64,000 nucleotides of DNA from an uncultured Phycisphaerales bacterium (GTDB taxonomy: Bacteria > Planctomycetota > Phycisphaerae > Tepidisphaerales > Tepidisphaeraceae): assembly GCA_963755915.1 (NCBI GenBank), contig CAVWLP010000003.1:992001-1056000 (forward strand), given 5' to 3'. The translations under genes and the position numbers were made by a program. The notes beneath the pieces are model-generated. The model did no database searches and was not told the DNA's origin. It saw only the letters and a list, made by a program, of their open reading frames with translations. This document shows, piece by piece, positions 27,730-38,358 of this stretch; position 1 is the stretch's first letter, and the number at the start of each line of letters is the position of its first letter.

Positions 27730-28992
27730 ATGCCAGGAATGAAAGGCGCGAGTTTCCTGCGGATTTTGGCGGTTTTTTGGCTGGCAACATCCGCCGCGGC
27801 GGAGGACATCGACGGCGTGCAGCCCGCGGCACTCGATCAGCCGCGGATCAACCTGGTTGTGCGCCGCTCGGCCGGCGGCACTGTTCTGGCCTCGCAGGGG
27901 GGCGATTTCAATGTCGAGGCATTTTTGGATACCGGAGCCGGTTCGATCGATTTTTCGCCCAAAACGGCCCAGCAACTGGGGATTTCCCGTGAGACGATTG
28001 GTAAGACCGAAGCGAGATTTCAGGACGTGGGAGTCGGCGGCAACAGCGACTTCGCGGTGTCGGAGCCGATTTTCATTTCGCTCGCGCCGATGACGCCCAA
28101 TGTGGACGTGGAGCAGAAGGACGCGATCGCCATGACCTACGGCCAGACAACGGGCCCGGTTCGCGCCGAGATCGGTCCGATCACCAGCGGGATGGATTTT
28201 CTCACCGAGCTGGCGATGGGCGACCTGGACATCGCGGGCATGCCCGCGATGGCGGGAAAAATCGTGGTGATGGACCCGCGCGACGTAAATGCGATGACCG
28301 ACAAAATTCGCACGTTTGTTTACGATCCGAAAACCGTTCAGATCGGCCAGGTCCCGAAAACATCTGAGCATGTGAAGCTGACCTACGTTTCGTTCGCGGG
28401 CTTCACGAAAATTTCGCCCCCGACAGCACCAGGCCCGGTGATTGGCTGGAATCCGATGATCGGGCCAAATCCATTTGCGAATCGGGCCGATCGGACGCCC
28501 GGGATTTCCTGGACGCACGCGGGAAAATCGGGAACGGGCATGTGGCTGCTGGATACGGGTTCCGCGGTCTCGATGATTTCCCGCAAGAAGGCGGCCGAGC
28601 TGGGGATAACCTATGTGCCGGGAACGGATGGAACGGCGCAGCCGAAACTGAGCGCCGCTGCGGGCCAGAAACAATTCGTCATGACGGTAGGCGGCATCGG
28701 TGGCTCAAAAAAATCGGCGGGATTCTTTCTCGATCGCCTGGTGATTCCAACCATGGAAGGAAAGGGAATCGTTTTCGATCACGCCCCGGTTCTGGTCGCG
28801 GATATCACGGTGACGGATGCCAAGGGCAACGCCTTCACGCTCGACGGCGTGCTGGGGATGAATTTCCTGGTCGCCAGCGCCATGGTCGATGAGAACAGCG
28901 TCGTTCCCGACATCGGGCAGATGACCGCGGGGGCGTTCAAGTGGATCGTGATCGATCATCATGCGGGATGGCTCGGCGTGGAGAGAAACTAA
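27730..28992 (+). CDS. Secreted aspartic protease with two retropepsin-like DTG motifs
   Basis: Signal peptide; FLDTGA and LLDTGS; DGVLGMNFL. Confidence 0.75.
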   Translation: MPGMKGASFLRILAVFWLATSAAAEDIDGVQPAALDQPRINLVVRRSAGGTVLASQGGDFNVEAFLDTGAGSIDFSPKTAQQLGISRETIGKTEARFQDVGVGGNSDFAVSEPIFISLAPMTPNVDVEQKDAIAMTYGQTTGPVRAEIGPITSGMDFLTELAMGDLDIAGMPAMAGKIVVMDPRDVNAMTDKIRTFVYDPKTVQIGQVPKTSEHVKLTYVSFAGFTKISPPTAPGPVIGWNPMIGPNPFANRADRTPGISWTHAGKSGTGMWLLDTGSAVSMISRKKAAELGITYVPGTDGTAQPKLSAAAGQKQFVMTVGGIGGSKKSAGFFLDRLVIPTMEGKGIVFDHAPVLVADITVTDAKGNAFTLDGVLGMNFLVASAMVDENSVVPDIGQMTAGAFKWIVIDHHAGWLGVERN

Positions 28993-29099
28993 GGGCCAGT
29001 GGGATTGAATAATCTCAGCAGCCAAAAACAATAGCCCGTGCATATGATTATGAGACATCCGCCCAGCTTATGTGAGGCGGAGGAGGGACCGATTCGAAG

Positions 29100-30215
29100 A
29101 TGTCGGAGTACGTGGAAGCCAAACCTATGACGGCTTTTGTGGAATCGTGCGTGGAAACTGTTGCCGGGTCCGCCCAGGCGGCGCAGCGCCATGCGCAGAC
29201 GCCCTCCTTCCGCAAGTTGCTGAAGCTCCTCACTGACAAGAAAAACATCCTGATCACGACGCACCGCCACCCCGACCCCGACGCCCTGGCCAGCGCCTGG
29301 GCGCTGTGCCTCCTCCTCGGCGATAAATTGCCAGCGGCCGCCGTCACGATGTCGATTACCGACAAGCTTTCCGGCGGGATCAACGAAACATTCATCAAGC
29401 GCACGAACCTGAAGCTCGCTCCCTGGGACGAAGCCGCTCTGACGCAGTACGACGCGATCATCCTCACCGACGTGATGCCCGGCGCCGCCTCCAGCCCCTT
29501 GCCCGAGGGAATCACACCGCTGGCGGTGATCGATCATCACCGCTCGCGCCGCCGGCTGAAATGCCCGTTCACGGACATCCGCCCCGACGTCGGTGCTTCG
29601 ACCTCGATCATCTTCAGCTACTACATGGAAGTGGAGCAGCCGATCTCGCAGGACCTCGCGGCCTCGATGCTCTACGCCATCGAATCCGACCTCGCCGGCG
29701 CCGCCGGACAACCGGGCGAACTGGACAATATCGCCCTCTCCGGCCTGACTCTCCTGGCCGACACGCGCAAGCTCTACCAGATGCGCTACGTGGATCTGCC
29801 GCAGAGCTATTACATGTGCTACTGGAACGGCCTCTCCAATGCGACCTATTTCGAAAACGCGATCATGTCGCATCTGCCCGCATTCGATTCTCCCGAACAG
29901 CCCGCGATGATCGCCGATTTTTTGCTGCGCTTTGAGCCGGTCCAGTGGTCGCTGGTCACGGCCATGGACGGAACGCGACTGGTGATCAGCCTGCGGACCA
30001 GCAGCGGGAAGCTCTCCGCGGCCGACATGATCCGCCGGCTCCTGCGGGGCCAGGGCGAGGGGGGCGGCCATCGCACCAAGGCGGGTGGATTTATCCGGCT
30101 GGAGTCGGGAACCCCCGGCGAAATCGAACGCAAGCGTACTCTGCTGCGACGCCGCTACCTCAGGGCCCTGGGAATCAAGGCCACACCGGGAAAAAAGCTT
30201 ATCCCCAAAGAATAA
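29100..30215 (+). CDS. DHH/DHHA1 phosphoesterase (NrnA/Pde2-like)
   Basis: THRHPDPDAL, ILTD, IDHH, GGGH motifs. Confidence 0.88.
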   Translation: MSEYVEAKPMTAFVESCVETVAGSAQAAQRHAQTPSFRKLLKLLTDKKNILITTHRHPDPDALASAWALCLLLGDKLPAAAVTMSITDKLSGGINETFIKRTNLKLAPWDEAALTQYDAIILTDVMPGAASSPLPEGITPLAVIDHHRSRRRLKCPFTDIRPDVGASTSIIFSYYMEVEQPISQDLAASMLYAIESDLAGAAGQPGELDNIALSGLTLLADTRKLYQMRYVDLPQSYYMCYWNGLSNATYFENAIMSHLPAFDSPEQPAMIADFLLRFEPVQWSLVTAMDGTRLVISLRTSSGKLSAADMIRRLLRGQGEGGGHRTKAGGFIRLESGTPGEIERKRTLLRRRYLRALGIKATPGKKLIPKE

Positions 30216-30284
30216 CAGACGCGCACCACTCCCCGCCGAAGCTGGATTTTCTCTTGTGTTAACTGCATTTGCTGTCTAACTTAG

Positions 30285-30566
30285 ATGGGCAGTTCTTACG
30301 CAATGACGCCCAGCAAACCAGGCAAAGATCAGCTCGTTCTCATTCACGTCGAAGGCATGCATTGCCACAAGTGCGAGAACGCCATCACCAAGGCGATTTC
30401 CGCCAAGCTGGGGGTGCATGAAGTCGAGGTGGATTTCAACAGCAAACAGGCGTCGGTCCTGTTCGATCCCGGCTCGGTGAGCGTTGGAGAATTGATGACG
30501 GCCGTCAACGACGCGGGCTATCGTGCAATCTCGTTCAGCAAAGTGGCGGCGGAGTCGATGCAGTAA
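30285..30566 (+). CDS. Heavy-metal-associated domain protein (CopZ-like)
   Basis: VEGMHCHKC; DAGY. Confidence 0.85.
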   Translation: MGSSYAMTPSKPGKDQLVLIHVEGMHCHKCENAITKAISAKLGVHEVEVDFNSKQASVLFDPGSVSVGELMTAVNDAGYRAISFSKVAAESMQ

Positions 30567-30587
30567 AACTCATCGAATTCGAGAGCC

Positions 30588-31358
30588 CTATTCCACGACC
30601 TCGCCCTTCATCTGAGTATGCCCGGTCGGTGTCTGATGATCCCCCTGCATCGGTTCATCGGTCACGGCCAGCTTGACCGAAGCGTTCGAGGGGAGCGGCG
30701 GGATGGTTCCCAAAAGCGTGGCGGTTCCGGTTTCCCCGATATCGAACGTACCGGCCGGCAGCTTCTGGTCGTTGGAGATCAGCCACAGCTCGTAAGTTTT
30801 GCCTGGCTCGGCAGGCCGCATCCCGCAGGCAAAGAAGTACCACTTTTTCATATCGGGATCGAGGAAGACGTGACCCACGGCCCTGGGCTGCGCATCCCCC
30901 GAAAGCTCGGCGAATTCCATGTCGCCCAGATTATGTTTCACGGCGGATAGGTGACCCTGAGCCGAGATTAATTCCGCTTCGAGTGTCGAGATCGCCGTCA
31001 CGTCTCCCGGTGAATGCGGATTGGGGTTGGGCCAAAACTGACGCACGGTCAGCAGCGTAACGGCAACCGCAAGCACGGCAGCGACTGCCGCGGGAAGCAC
31101 AATCCGGTCCCACCCGCCGATGCGCATCCGCGATTCGCCATGAATTTCTGACAGGATTTTCGCCCTCAGACTCGCCGGTGGCTGCGCGGCGGGGAGAGCC
31201 AGTGAAAGCATCGCCAGCGTGGCTTGGGCTTCGGCGAGATAACCGGCGCACTGTGGGCAGCCGCTTGCAAGGTGCTGGCGCACCTCGGCCCACTCGGCCT
31301 CATCGAGCGTGCCGGCCGCCCAGAGCAGAATCTGATCTCGTCTTTCCCTACAGTCCAC
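30588..31358 (-). CDS. RskA-like anti-sigma factor with zinc-binding N-terminus
   Basis: HLASGCPQC; TM; YELWLI; AVTDEP. Confidence 0.85.
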   Translation of the reverse strand: MDCRERRDQILLWAAGTLDEAEWAEVRQHLASGCPQCAGYLAEAQATLAMLSLALPAAQPPASLRAKILSEIHGESRMRIGGWDRIVLPAAVAAVLAVAVTLLTVRQFWPNPNPHSPGDVTAISTLEAELISAQGHLSAVKHNLGDMEFAELSGDAQPRAVGHVFLDPDMKKWYFFACGMRPAEPGKTYELWLISNDQKLPAGTFDIGETGTATLLGTIPPLPSNASVKLAVTDEPMQGDHQTPTGHTQMKGEVVE

Positions 31359-31359
31359 T

Positions 31360-31910
31360 TTATTCCTTACGTAAGCAATCGCGCAGGCGGATTAGGCCCT
31401 GGCGAATATAAGTCTTTACGGTTCCCAGCGGTTTATTCAGTTTTTCCGCAATTTGCGTGTGGGTAAGCCCGTCGAAAAAGGCCAGTTCGACGGCCTGGCG
31501 ATATTCGAAATCAAGCTGCGCCAGTGCCGCCTGCACGCGGGTTGCGTTCTCGGAAATGGCGGCCGCCGAAGGGGGATCGACCACGGCCGCGGGAGCATCC
31601 ACCCCCACCGCCGATTCCATCCCGCGATTGCGCAACGCCAGCGAGCGCCGCCGGTCAATGGCACGGCTGCGCGCAGCGTCACAAGATAAGTCATCGGCGC
31701 ACCGCGGCCCGGGTCATATCGCTCGGCCCGGCGCCACAGCTCGATGAAAACATCCTCAACCAGTTCCTCAGCCTCCCCGCGATCGCGCAAAATCCGCAAA
31801 GCCAGGGTGAAAACCAAACCACCGTATCGGTCGTAGATTAGTCCGAGGGCCACGGAATCCCGAAGCTCGATGCGACGCATGAGATCGTAGTCGTCGGGGG
31901 CATCGGGCAT
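31360..31910 (-). CDS. ECF sigma factor, SigK-like (frameshift near 31670)
   Basis: [35 protein letters not shown]...LGTVKTYIR; adjacent to the anti-sigma gene. Confidence 0.85.
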
Positions 31911-31956
31911 GGAGCGAAGAATGGTAACGATTGGTTCGGGAAGTTGCGAGTCGCGA

Positions 31957-32609
31957 CTACTCGATGACAAGGCGCGGAATCAGTTGGTCGGAAAGCCGGA
32001 TCAATCGCTCGAATTCGATCTCGTCGAACGGGCGCGCCGTGAAGTCGAGGATGAGATGATTGCCGTCGAGCACCAGCGCGATGTCCGCCGGAAGCAGCGC
32101 GGGGATGGTCGATTCGGCCAGGGTTTTGGCGGCATGGGCGTCGCGGCCAAAGATCATGAATCGCTGGTTGGGCATGAGCGAGGGAAAGCTCGCGAGCGAA
32201 AACAGATCCACGACGCTCACCTCATGCGAAGTCGGACGCAGTGCGGTCGTGGGCCACGGAGCGGAAAGGTTTCGCAAAATGATGTTCCACGTGCGCGGCG
32301 AGGCGACCGCGGACGTGAGGCCGGCATTGGACGTTTGGACTTGCGCAAGGTGAGGGCCCGACCGGTGATCGCGGTCTGGACCCGCGTATTAAAAGATTTG
32401 AGCGGAGTAAACTCGGGCAAGTCCGCGGCACTGCCGACCAATCGCAGCTCCTGCGATCGGGCCCAGTCGGCCAGGGCAACAATCCGCCGCCTGCGGGTTT
32501 CGCGCCTTACCAGCATCGCGAAAACCCACATGCTCATCGCTAGAATAACCAGCAGGGTAACCAGGATGACGGGGGACGGCGGAATTACAGGAGACGGGAT
32601 TGAGGCCAC
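31957..32609 (-). CDS. Hypothetical single-TM protein (frameshifted)
   Basis: TM then RRRIVALADWAR; C-terminal part is in another frame (LILDFTARPFD). Confidence 0.5.
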
Positions 32610-32760
32610 GGCGCGGCATTGTAAGGACCGCCGATAATTTCCGCAGCATCACCCTTGCGAAAGGGGTGCGTGAATGATCCGAATGCTTGTCAGTTCAGCC
32701 GATCAATTTGCCCGACGATTTTTGACGATAACGGGGCGTCCTCGCCAGTACGGAAGACGC

Positions 32761-33171
32761 ATGGCCGATTTTTCGCAAATCGTCGAGGAAATGAAGACCC
32801 GCCACGACGTCCGCGTACGCCGCTGGCGAACGGGAATGAGCGGCAAAGCCTGGCGCGTCTACTACCACGACGGGCGGGTCATGAACTGGATCGAATCCCC
32901 CAAGCCCAAGACCCCCATCAGCCTGGCGATTTTCCTGCACGAAGTGGGGCATCACGTGATCGGCTTCGCCAGATATCGCAAGCGCTGCGAGGAGGAGTTC
33001 CACGTCTGGATGTGGGCCCTGAACGAAATGCGCCGGCATCAGGTTGAGCCGGACTATAAGGTACACCGTCGGGTCGAGCTTTCGATGCGCTATGCGGTGG
33101 GCAAGGCGATGCGCCGCGGCATCAAGGAAGTCCCAGAGCTGCTGCTGAAATACCTGCCCGATGCCGCATAA
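32761..33171 (+). CDS. HExxH zinc-metallopeptidase-like protein
   Basis: IFLHEVGHHVIG...CEEEF. Confidence 0.65.
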   Translation: MADFSQIVEEMKTRHDVRVRRWRTGMSGKAWRVYYHDGRVMNWIESPKPKTPISLAIFLHEVGHHVIGFARYRKRCEEEFHVWMWALNEMRRHQVEPDYKVHRRVELSMRYAVGKAMRRGIKEVPELLLKYLPDAA

Positions 33172-33203
33172 AAAAAGCCACGGGACGACGATCCCGTGGC
33201 TTT
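33171..33203. terminator. Bidirectional terminator
   Basis: AAAGCCACGGGA-loop-TCCCGTGGCTTT with an A-run on the left, between convergent genes. Confidence 0.8.
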
Positions 33204-33223
33204 GGGGTTGTGAATCAAATTTT

Positions 33224-34234
33224 TTACGCGGGAACAGCTTCCGCCAGACGCGCGACGCGTGATTCGGCAATCGCCCGGGACTCTTCTTCTGTCCGGGGGT
33301 TGATGCGAAGAACACCGTCTTCCATCACACTGCGAATCTTGGCCAGCGCCTTGTTCTGGATCTGCCGGACGCGCTCTTTGGTCACGCCGATGATCTTGCC
33401 AACTTCTTCAAGCGTCAGGGGCGATTCCTCTGCCTGCTTCCAGTTGAAGCGGCGGCGAATAACCGTCTGCTCGACGCTGGACAGGTCGGCGAGGTTTCGG
33501 TCGACGATCGCCTTGAGCTCATCAATGCAATCATCCTCGACCTGATCCCGCCGGCGGTCGGCCCAATCGCTCTGCTCCATTTCCGGCTCAAATTCCACCG
33601 GGAAACGGGTGCGATGCTTGGAAGCCTTCATCGCCGTCCGGCTGAAGGCCTTGAGAATCGCCCGGCAGGCATAGGTGCTGAACTTGAACCCTCGATCGAT
33701 CGAGAACTTGTCCACCGCACGGAGCAGGGCCATGTTCCCTTCGCTGACGATCTCGGCGAAATCGGTGTCACCCAGTCGGGTGCGCTTGGCCATCGCCAAC
33801 ACCAGGGCCAGGTTCGTCCGCACCAGGTATTCGCGGAAATGCTCGAGCTTGCGATGCCAATCGAGGAAGTCCCGCGCCATTGCCGCGGTCAACTCACCGG
33901 CGCGGATCTGCTTCTGCATCGCCGACAGGCGTTTCTTGCAGTAGTTGAACCGCAGGAACATCATCCGCTCTTCCGCGGCTTTCATGAGCTGCGGGGGAGT
34001 GCCGGACAGACTGCCGAGGTCGTCGCGCGTGGGCTGATACCAACTGGTCAGCGGCAGCTCGCGCTCGGCGTCCTCGGTGAAAAGTTCCTGCTCCACGTTC
34101 TTGCGACGGAACGTGGGGCTGTCCATGTAACTGAAATTTTCCTCAAGCACAGCCATCACCCGCTCGCGCAATTCACGCGGGACTGGGCTGCTTCGGCTCT
34201 GCTTTTTACCTTTCTTTTTCATCATAATGGCCAT
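33224..34234 (-). CDS. Sigma-70 family factor (RpoD/RpoS-like regions 2 and 4)
   Basis: NLALVLAMAKR, EGNMALLRAVDKF..RGFKFSTYA, LTLEEVGKIIGVTKERVRQIQ. Confidence 0.9.
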   Translation of the reverse strand: MAIMMKKKGKKQSRSSPVPRELRERVMAVLEENFSYMDSPTFRRKNVEQELFTEDAERELPLTSWYQPTRDDLGSLSGTPPQLMKAAEERMMFLRFNYCKKRLSAMQKQIRAGELTAAMARDFLDWHRKLEHFREYLVRTNLALVLAMAKRTRLGDTDFAEIVSEGNMALLRAVDKFSIDRGFKFSTYACRAILKAFSRTAMKASKHRTRFPVEFEPEMEQSDWADRRRDQVEDDCIDELKAIVDRNLADLSSVEQTVIRRRFNWKQAEESPLTLEEVGKIIGVTKERVRQIQNKALAKIRSVMEDGVLRINPRTEEESRAIAESRVARLAEAVPA

Positions 34235-34532
34235 CTGTGGCCTCCTATTCCTTCAAACGCGCAAACCCGAGTTATGTAGCAAACGGCGTTCGCGTCCCAC
34301 GAAAATTATTCACGTTTGTTTGGCGCAAATATACTTACGCATTCGGCGCGGATAATGTTCACGGGCTAACTACCGAAAGACGCGGCAGTAATGAGCGAAT
34401 CCCGCAGCGGTTTTCCGTCAAGCAAAGTCAAGTGGACACTTATCTCCGACCCGCGCCGATTAAAGTTTGCTCGTCAGGTTTTGGCAGAACCGCTATCCTC
34501 ACCTGCCAATACATGCACCAGGGCGAGGTTTG

Positions 34533-35121
34533 ATGCGGGAAAAAGTCTGTATCGGCGGCACGTTTAATCCTATTCATCATGGACACCTGATTTGCGCGGG
34601 CGGCAGCCGAGGCCGTTGGAGCCAAAACCGTGGTTGTTTTCCCGGCGGGCAGCCCCGCCCACAAGGCAGGGGAGGAGCAAATCGCACCGGCGAACGATCG
34701 CCTGGAAATGTGCCGCCTTGCTCTTTCCGCTAGGGCCGGATTCGAACTGGACGATCGAGAAATCAAACGCTCCGGCCCGACGTACACCATCGATACTGCT
34801 ACACAACTTAAGCGGCAGGGGTGGACCGACGTCCGCTGGATTATCGGGGCTGATATGGTCAATTTTCTTCCACACTGGCACGAAACTGACCGGTTGCTCG
34901 AGGAGGTCCAGTTTATTGTCATGGCCCGGCCAGGCTGGACGTTTGATTGGGACCGCCTGCCCAAGGCCGTGCAAAGATTGCGGGAAAATGTCGTCGAGGT
35001 GCCGCAGATCGACATCAGCGCCACGGAGATTCGCCGGCGGGTGAAGGCCGGTTTGCCGATTGATTATCTTTGCCCGCCTGAGGTGTGCCGGTATATCGAA
35101 GAGCGCGGGTTGTATCGATGA
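34533..35121 (+). CDS. nadD: Nicotinate-nucleotide adenylyltransferase (frameshift near 34597)
   Basis: GGTFNPIHHGHL, YTIDT, IIGAD, ISATEIR, YIEERGLY. Confidence 0.9.
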
Positions 35122-36428
35122 TCAATCACTATGACATCGCGTACGGCGTAGGGGTCGGGATTACCGCACCATTCTGGCTGGCGCATCCGAAAGCCCGCAA
35201 GAAGGTCATGCGAGCCTTCTCCCAGCGAATGGGATACACGCCGTCCAGGGATCTTTCCCGGCCCGGGATCATGATCCACGCGGTGAGCCTTGGGGAAATC
35301 AACGCGACGCGGGCGCTGATTGACCAGCTTCGGGCACGGCGGCCAGGAATCGACTTCATCGTCTCGGTCACGACCGAGACCGGCTTCGCCAGGGGAACTG
35401 AAATCTACGGCAACACCAGGGACGTTACGCTGGTGCGATATCCATTGGATTTCAGCTCGGCGGTCGATCGGATGCTGCTCGCGGTGCGGCCGGCCGTCGT
35501 GGCGCTTCTGGAACTGGAAGTCTGGCCGAATTTCGTGAAGAAATGCGCCCAGCGGAAGGTGCCGGTGGTCCTGATCAATGGGCGGATCACCGACGGGAGC
35601 TTCCGAAAATATCGTTTGGCCCAGCCGCTGGTGGGCTCGATGTTCGCCCGACTGACTCACGTGGCGGCACAGGATCAAACCTACGCGAAAAGGTTCACCG
35701 AGCTCGGGGTGCCGGCCACGCGGATCAGCATCACGGGCACAATGAAATTCGACACGGCTGCCGTCGCGGATCGGCTGCCGGGGCAGGAAGACCTCGCTGC
35801 GGCAGTCGGCCTCAAGCCGGGCGGCGAATTGATCTGGGTCTGCGGATCAACCGGCCCGGGCGAGGAAGAGATCGTCCTGACGGCATATGCTGAGCTGCTG
35901 AAACGCTTTCCCGGGCTGCGCCTGGTAATCGTTCCTCGGAAGCCGGAGCGATTCGATGAAGTCGCCCGGCTCATTCTCGATCGCGGGTTCAAACTTGTTC
36001 GCCGATCAAAACCGAATTCAACCGATGGCGCCGTGATTCTCGGAGATACCATCGGCGAACTGCGGAAATTCTACGCCCTGGCCGACGCGGTCTTCGTCGG
36101 CCGAAGCGTGGTAGACCTCGGCCATCGCCAGCATGGCAGCGACATGATCGAGCCCTCCGCCCTCGGCAAGCCGGTGGTCGTCGGCCCGTTCACCGGAAAC
36201 TTTGCGGAAGTCATGAACTGCTTCCGATCGGCCAGCGCCATGATTGAGATCAAATCGCCCGATGAACTAGCGGGCGCGATTGGCCAGTTCCTGCTGGATC
36301 GAGACCGATCTCGGCAATTGGGCTCGGCCGCCCGCGAGGTCGTCAAGGCAAACCAGGGGGCAACGGAGCGTCACGCCCGGCTGATTCTTGACACGCTGGA
36401 TTCCGTCTCCACCATGAGCCCGCGATGA
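35118..36428 (+). CDS. waaA: Kdo transferase
   Basis: HAVSLGE, YPLD, ELEVWPN, INGRI, GSTGPGEE, VPRKPERF, DTIGEL. Confidence 0.92.
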   Translation: MINHYDIAYGVGVGITAPFWLAHPKARKKVMRAFSQRMGYTPSRDLSRPGIMIHAVSLGEINATRALIDQLRARRPGIDFIVSVTTETGFARGTEIYGNTRDVTLVRYPLDFSSAVDRMLLAVRPAVVALLELEVWPNFVKKCAQRKVPVVLINGRITDGSFRKYRLAQPLVGSMFARLTHVAAQDQTYAKRFTELGVPATRISITGTMKFDTAAVADRLPGQEDLAAAVGLKPGGELIWVCGSTGPGEEEIVLTAYAELLKRFPGLRLVIVPRKPERFDEVARLILDRGFKLVRRSKPNSTDGAVILGDTIGELRKFYALADAVFVGRSVVDLGHRQHGSDMIEPSALGKPVVVGPFTGNFAEVMNCFRSASAMIEIKSPDELAGAIGQFLLDRDRSRQLGSAAREVVKANQGATERHARLILDTLDSVSTMSPR

Positions 36429-37216
36429 AGCTGATGAACCGGCTGGAGCGGAAGTTCGGAAAGTACGCGATCCCCAACGTGACGTTGGGCCTGATCGCGT
36501 TTCAGTGCCTCACCTTCGTGATGGCCCTGACGCAGCCGGAGTTTGTCGGGAAGCTCGTTCTCACGCATGACGCCCTGTTTGCCGGCGAGTGGTGGCGGGT
36601 GCTGACCGTGCTCCTGATGCCGCCCTCAACGGATCCGAGCTATCTCATTTTCATTCTCTTCGCGATTTATCTCTTCTACCTGTTTGGATCCGCGCTAGAG
36701 AACGAGTGGGGAATATTCCGCTACAACCTCTTCCTGCTCGTCGGTTATCTCGCGACCATTCTGGCGGCTCTGGTCCCCGGCGCGGTCATCACAAACCTTT
36801 ACCTGATGGAGTCGGTCTTCCTCGCTTTCGCGTGGCTCTTTCCTGAGTTCACGATTCGGATTTTCTTTTTTTTCCCAGTTCAGGTGAAATGGATCGGCCT
36901 GATTGCCTGGATCATGTTCCTCTTTCAATTCCTCAGCGGTAACTGGGCAACTAAAGCAGAAATCGCCGCAGGGGTTCTCAACTTCGGAATCTTCTTTCAC
37001 GCCGATATCTGGCAGCGGATTCGGGGCTATCCGCGGAAATATCGGAGCCGGATGGAGCAGGCGCGGGCGCGGGAAGCAAAGCCGCCGATGCACGTCTGTG
37101 CCGTTTGCGGCGTGACGGAGCAATCGGACCGGAAGATGGAATTCCGCTATTGCCCGCAGTGCACCGGAACCCCGGCGTATTGCATCAACCACATCAATAA
37201 CCATCAGCACAAGTGA
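36425..37216 (+). CDS. Rhomboid/Derlin-like membrane protein with C-terminal Zn-finger
   Basis: GEWWRVLT; ~6 TM; HVCAVCG..FRYCPQC..YCINHINNH; ATGA overlap with waaA. Confidence 0.7.
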   Translation: MKLMNRLERKFGKYAIPNVTLGLIAFQCLTFVMALTQPEFVGKLVLTHDALFAGEWWRVLTVLLMPPSTDPSYLIFILFAIYLFYLFGSALENEWGIFRYNLFLLVGYLATILAALVPGAVITNLYLMESVFLAFAWLFPEFTIRIFFFFPVQVKWIGLIAWIMFLFQFLSGNWATKAEIAAGVLNFGIFFHADIWQRIRGYPRKYRSRMEQARAREAKPPMHVCAVCGVTEQSDRKMEFRYCPQCTGTPAYCINHINNHQHK

Positions 37217-37220
37217 TTGG

Positions 37221-38168
37221 CTATTTCTGACAGTTGGGGCATTTGGGATCTTCGCAGGGCTCGACATGAGCCGTCGCGTTTGCCTGCTCTAGGGCGACTT
37301 CGATTTCGTGCTCGATGGCGCTGGCGATTTCATGCCCCTTCTCGATGCTCAAATGCTTCGGGATCATGATGTGGAAATCGACCCAGTGGTCGCGGCCTGT
37401 GTGCCGGAAACGGAGCTTGTGATAGCTGCATATTCGAGGCTCGCTGCCCGACGGGCCGAGATGGGCGTCGAGGATTTTCGAGAGAAACTGGCGGTCGGCG
37501 GGGTCCTGCTCGTCCATCAGTCCGGCGGCCGAGCGTTTCAACAGGGTGATCCCGAGAAACGCAATGTACACGGCGACAGCGAGAGCGGCGGCCGGATCGA
37601 TCCACTGCCAGCCGGTGAGCTTCACGAGGGCGATGGCGATGAGGACGGCCACGCTGTCGAAGGCATCGGTCATCAGGTGAATCCCTGCGGCCTCGAGGAC
37701 AATCGCCTTGTTTTTCTTGCCGCGATACCAGAGCCCGATTCCCAGCACGCCATTGACGAGCAGGGCGAAGCTGACGAGGACAATGCCGACGTCGAGTTTT
37801 ACGATCTGCGGCGGATGGCCGGCGAAGAATGAGGTGATGACCTTCCCGCCGATCAGGAGTCCGGCCAGGATAATTGACGAACCTTCGAGCCCGGCGGAGA
37901 CGAATTCAATTTTCCCATGGCCGTAGGGGTGGTCGACATCGGCGGGCCGATAGGAAAGGCGAATGGCGTAAACCGCGAAGGCGGCGGTGACTACGTTGGC
38001 CGTGTTCTCCAGGGCGTCGGAAAAGATTGCCTGGGAACCGGTTATGAAATAGGCGACCAGCTTGACGATCAGTAGAACTACGCCGACGGCGAGGGAGATT
38101 TTTGCCCAGCGCAGCTCGACCCCGAGGAGTTGCGGCTTGTTTCCGACCGTGCCATCGGTATTGGCCAT
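37221..38168 (-). CDS. Cation diffusion facilitator (FieF-like)
   Basis: SDALE, PADVDHPYGHGKIE, HLMTD, DFHI, AHVEP. Confidence 0.92.
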   Translation of the reverse strand: MANTDGTVGNKPQLLGVELRWAKISLAVGVVLLIVKLVAYFITGSQAIFSDALENTANVVTAAFAVYAIRLSYRPADVDHPYGHGKIEFVSAGLEGSSIILAGLLIGGKVITSFFAGHPPQIVKLDVGIVLVSFALLVNGVLGIGLWYRGKKNKAIVLEAAGIHLMTDAFDSVAVLIAIALVKLTGWQWIDPAAALAVAVYIAFLGITLLKRSAAGLMDEQDPADRQFLSKILDAHLGPSGSEPRICSYHKLRFRHTGRDHWVDFHIMIPKHLSIEKGHEIASAIEHEIEVALEQANATAHVEPCEDPKCPNCQK

Positions 38169-38358
38169 GGAACCTCAAAAACCGGGGGCGAAACCGGTGG
38201 GCGGGGATAGTAACAGGTTTTTCGGTTCTACCCCCAGCCCCTCTTTCCAATAAAAAAGCGAAGGTTAAACTGGTGTTGCTTGCGAAGTCATCTTTGCGCA
38301 AACCTAATAATGCGGTTATATGATTCATCCGACTAGCAATGGAGTACTCGGAGGTTAA

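Noticed and set aside
34235-34530. DnaA-box cluster/oriC in the sigma-nadD gap
   Set aside because: Only a two-mismatch box (CGCGGATAA) was seen; insufficient to call
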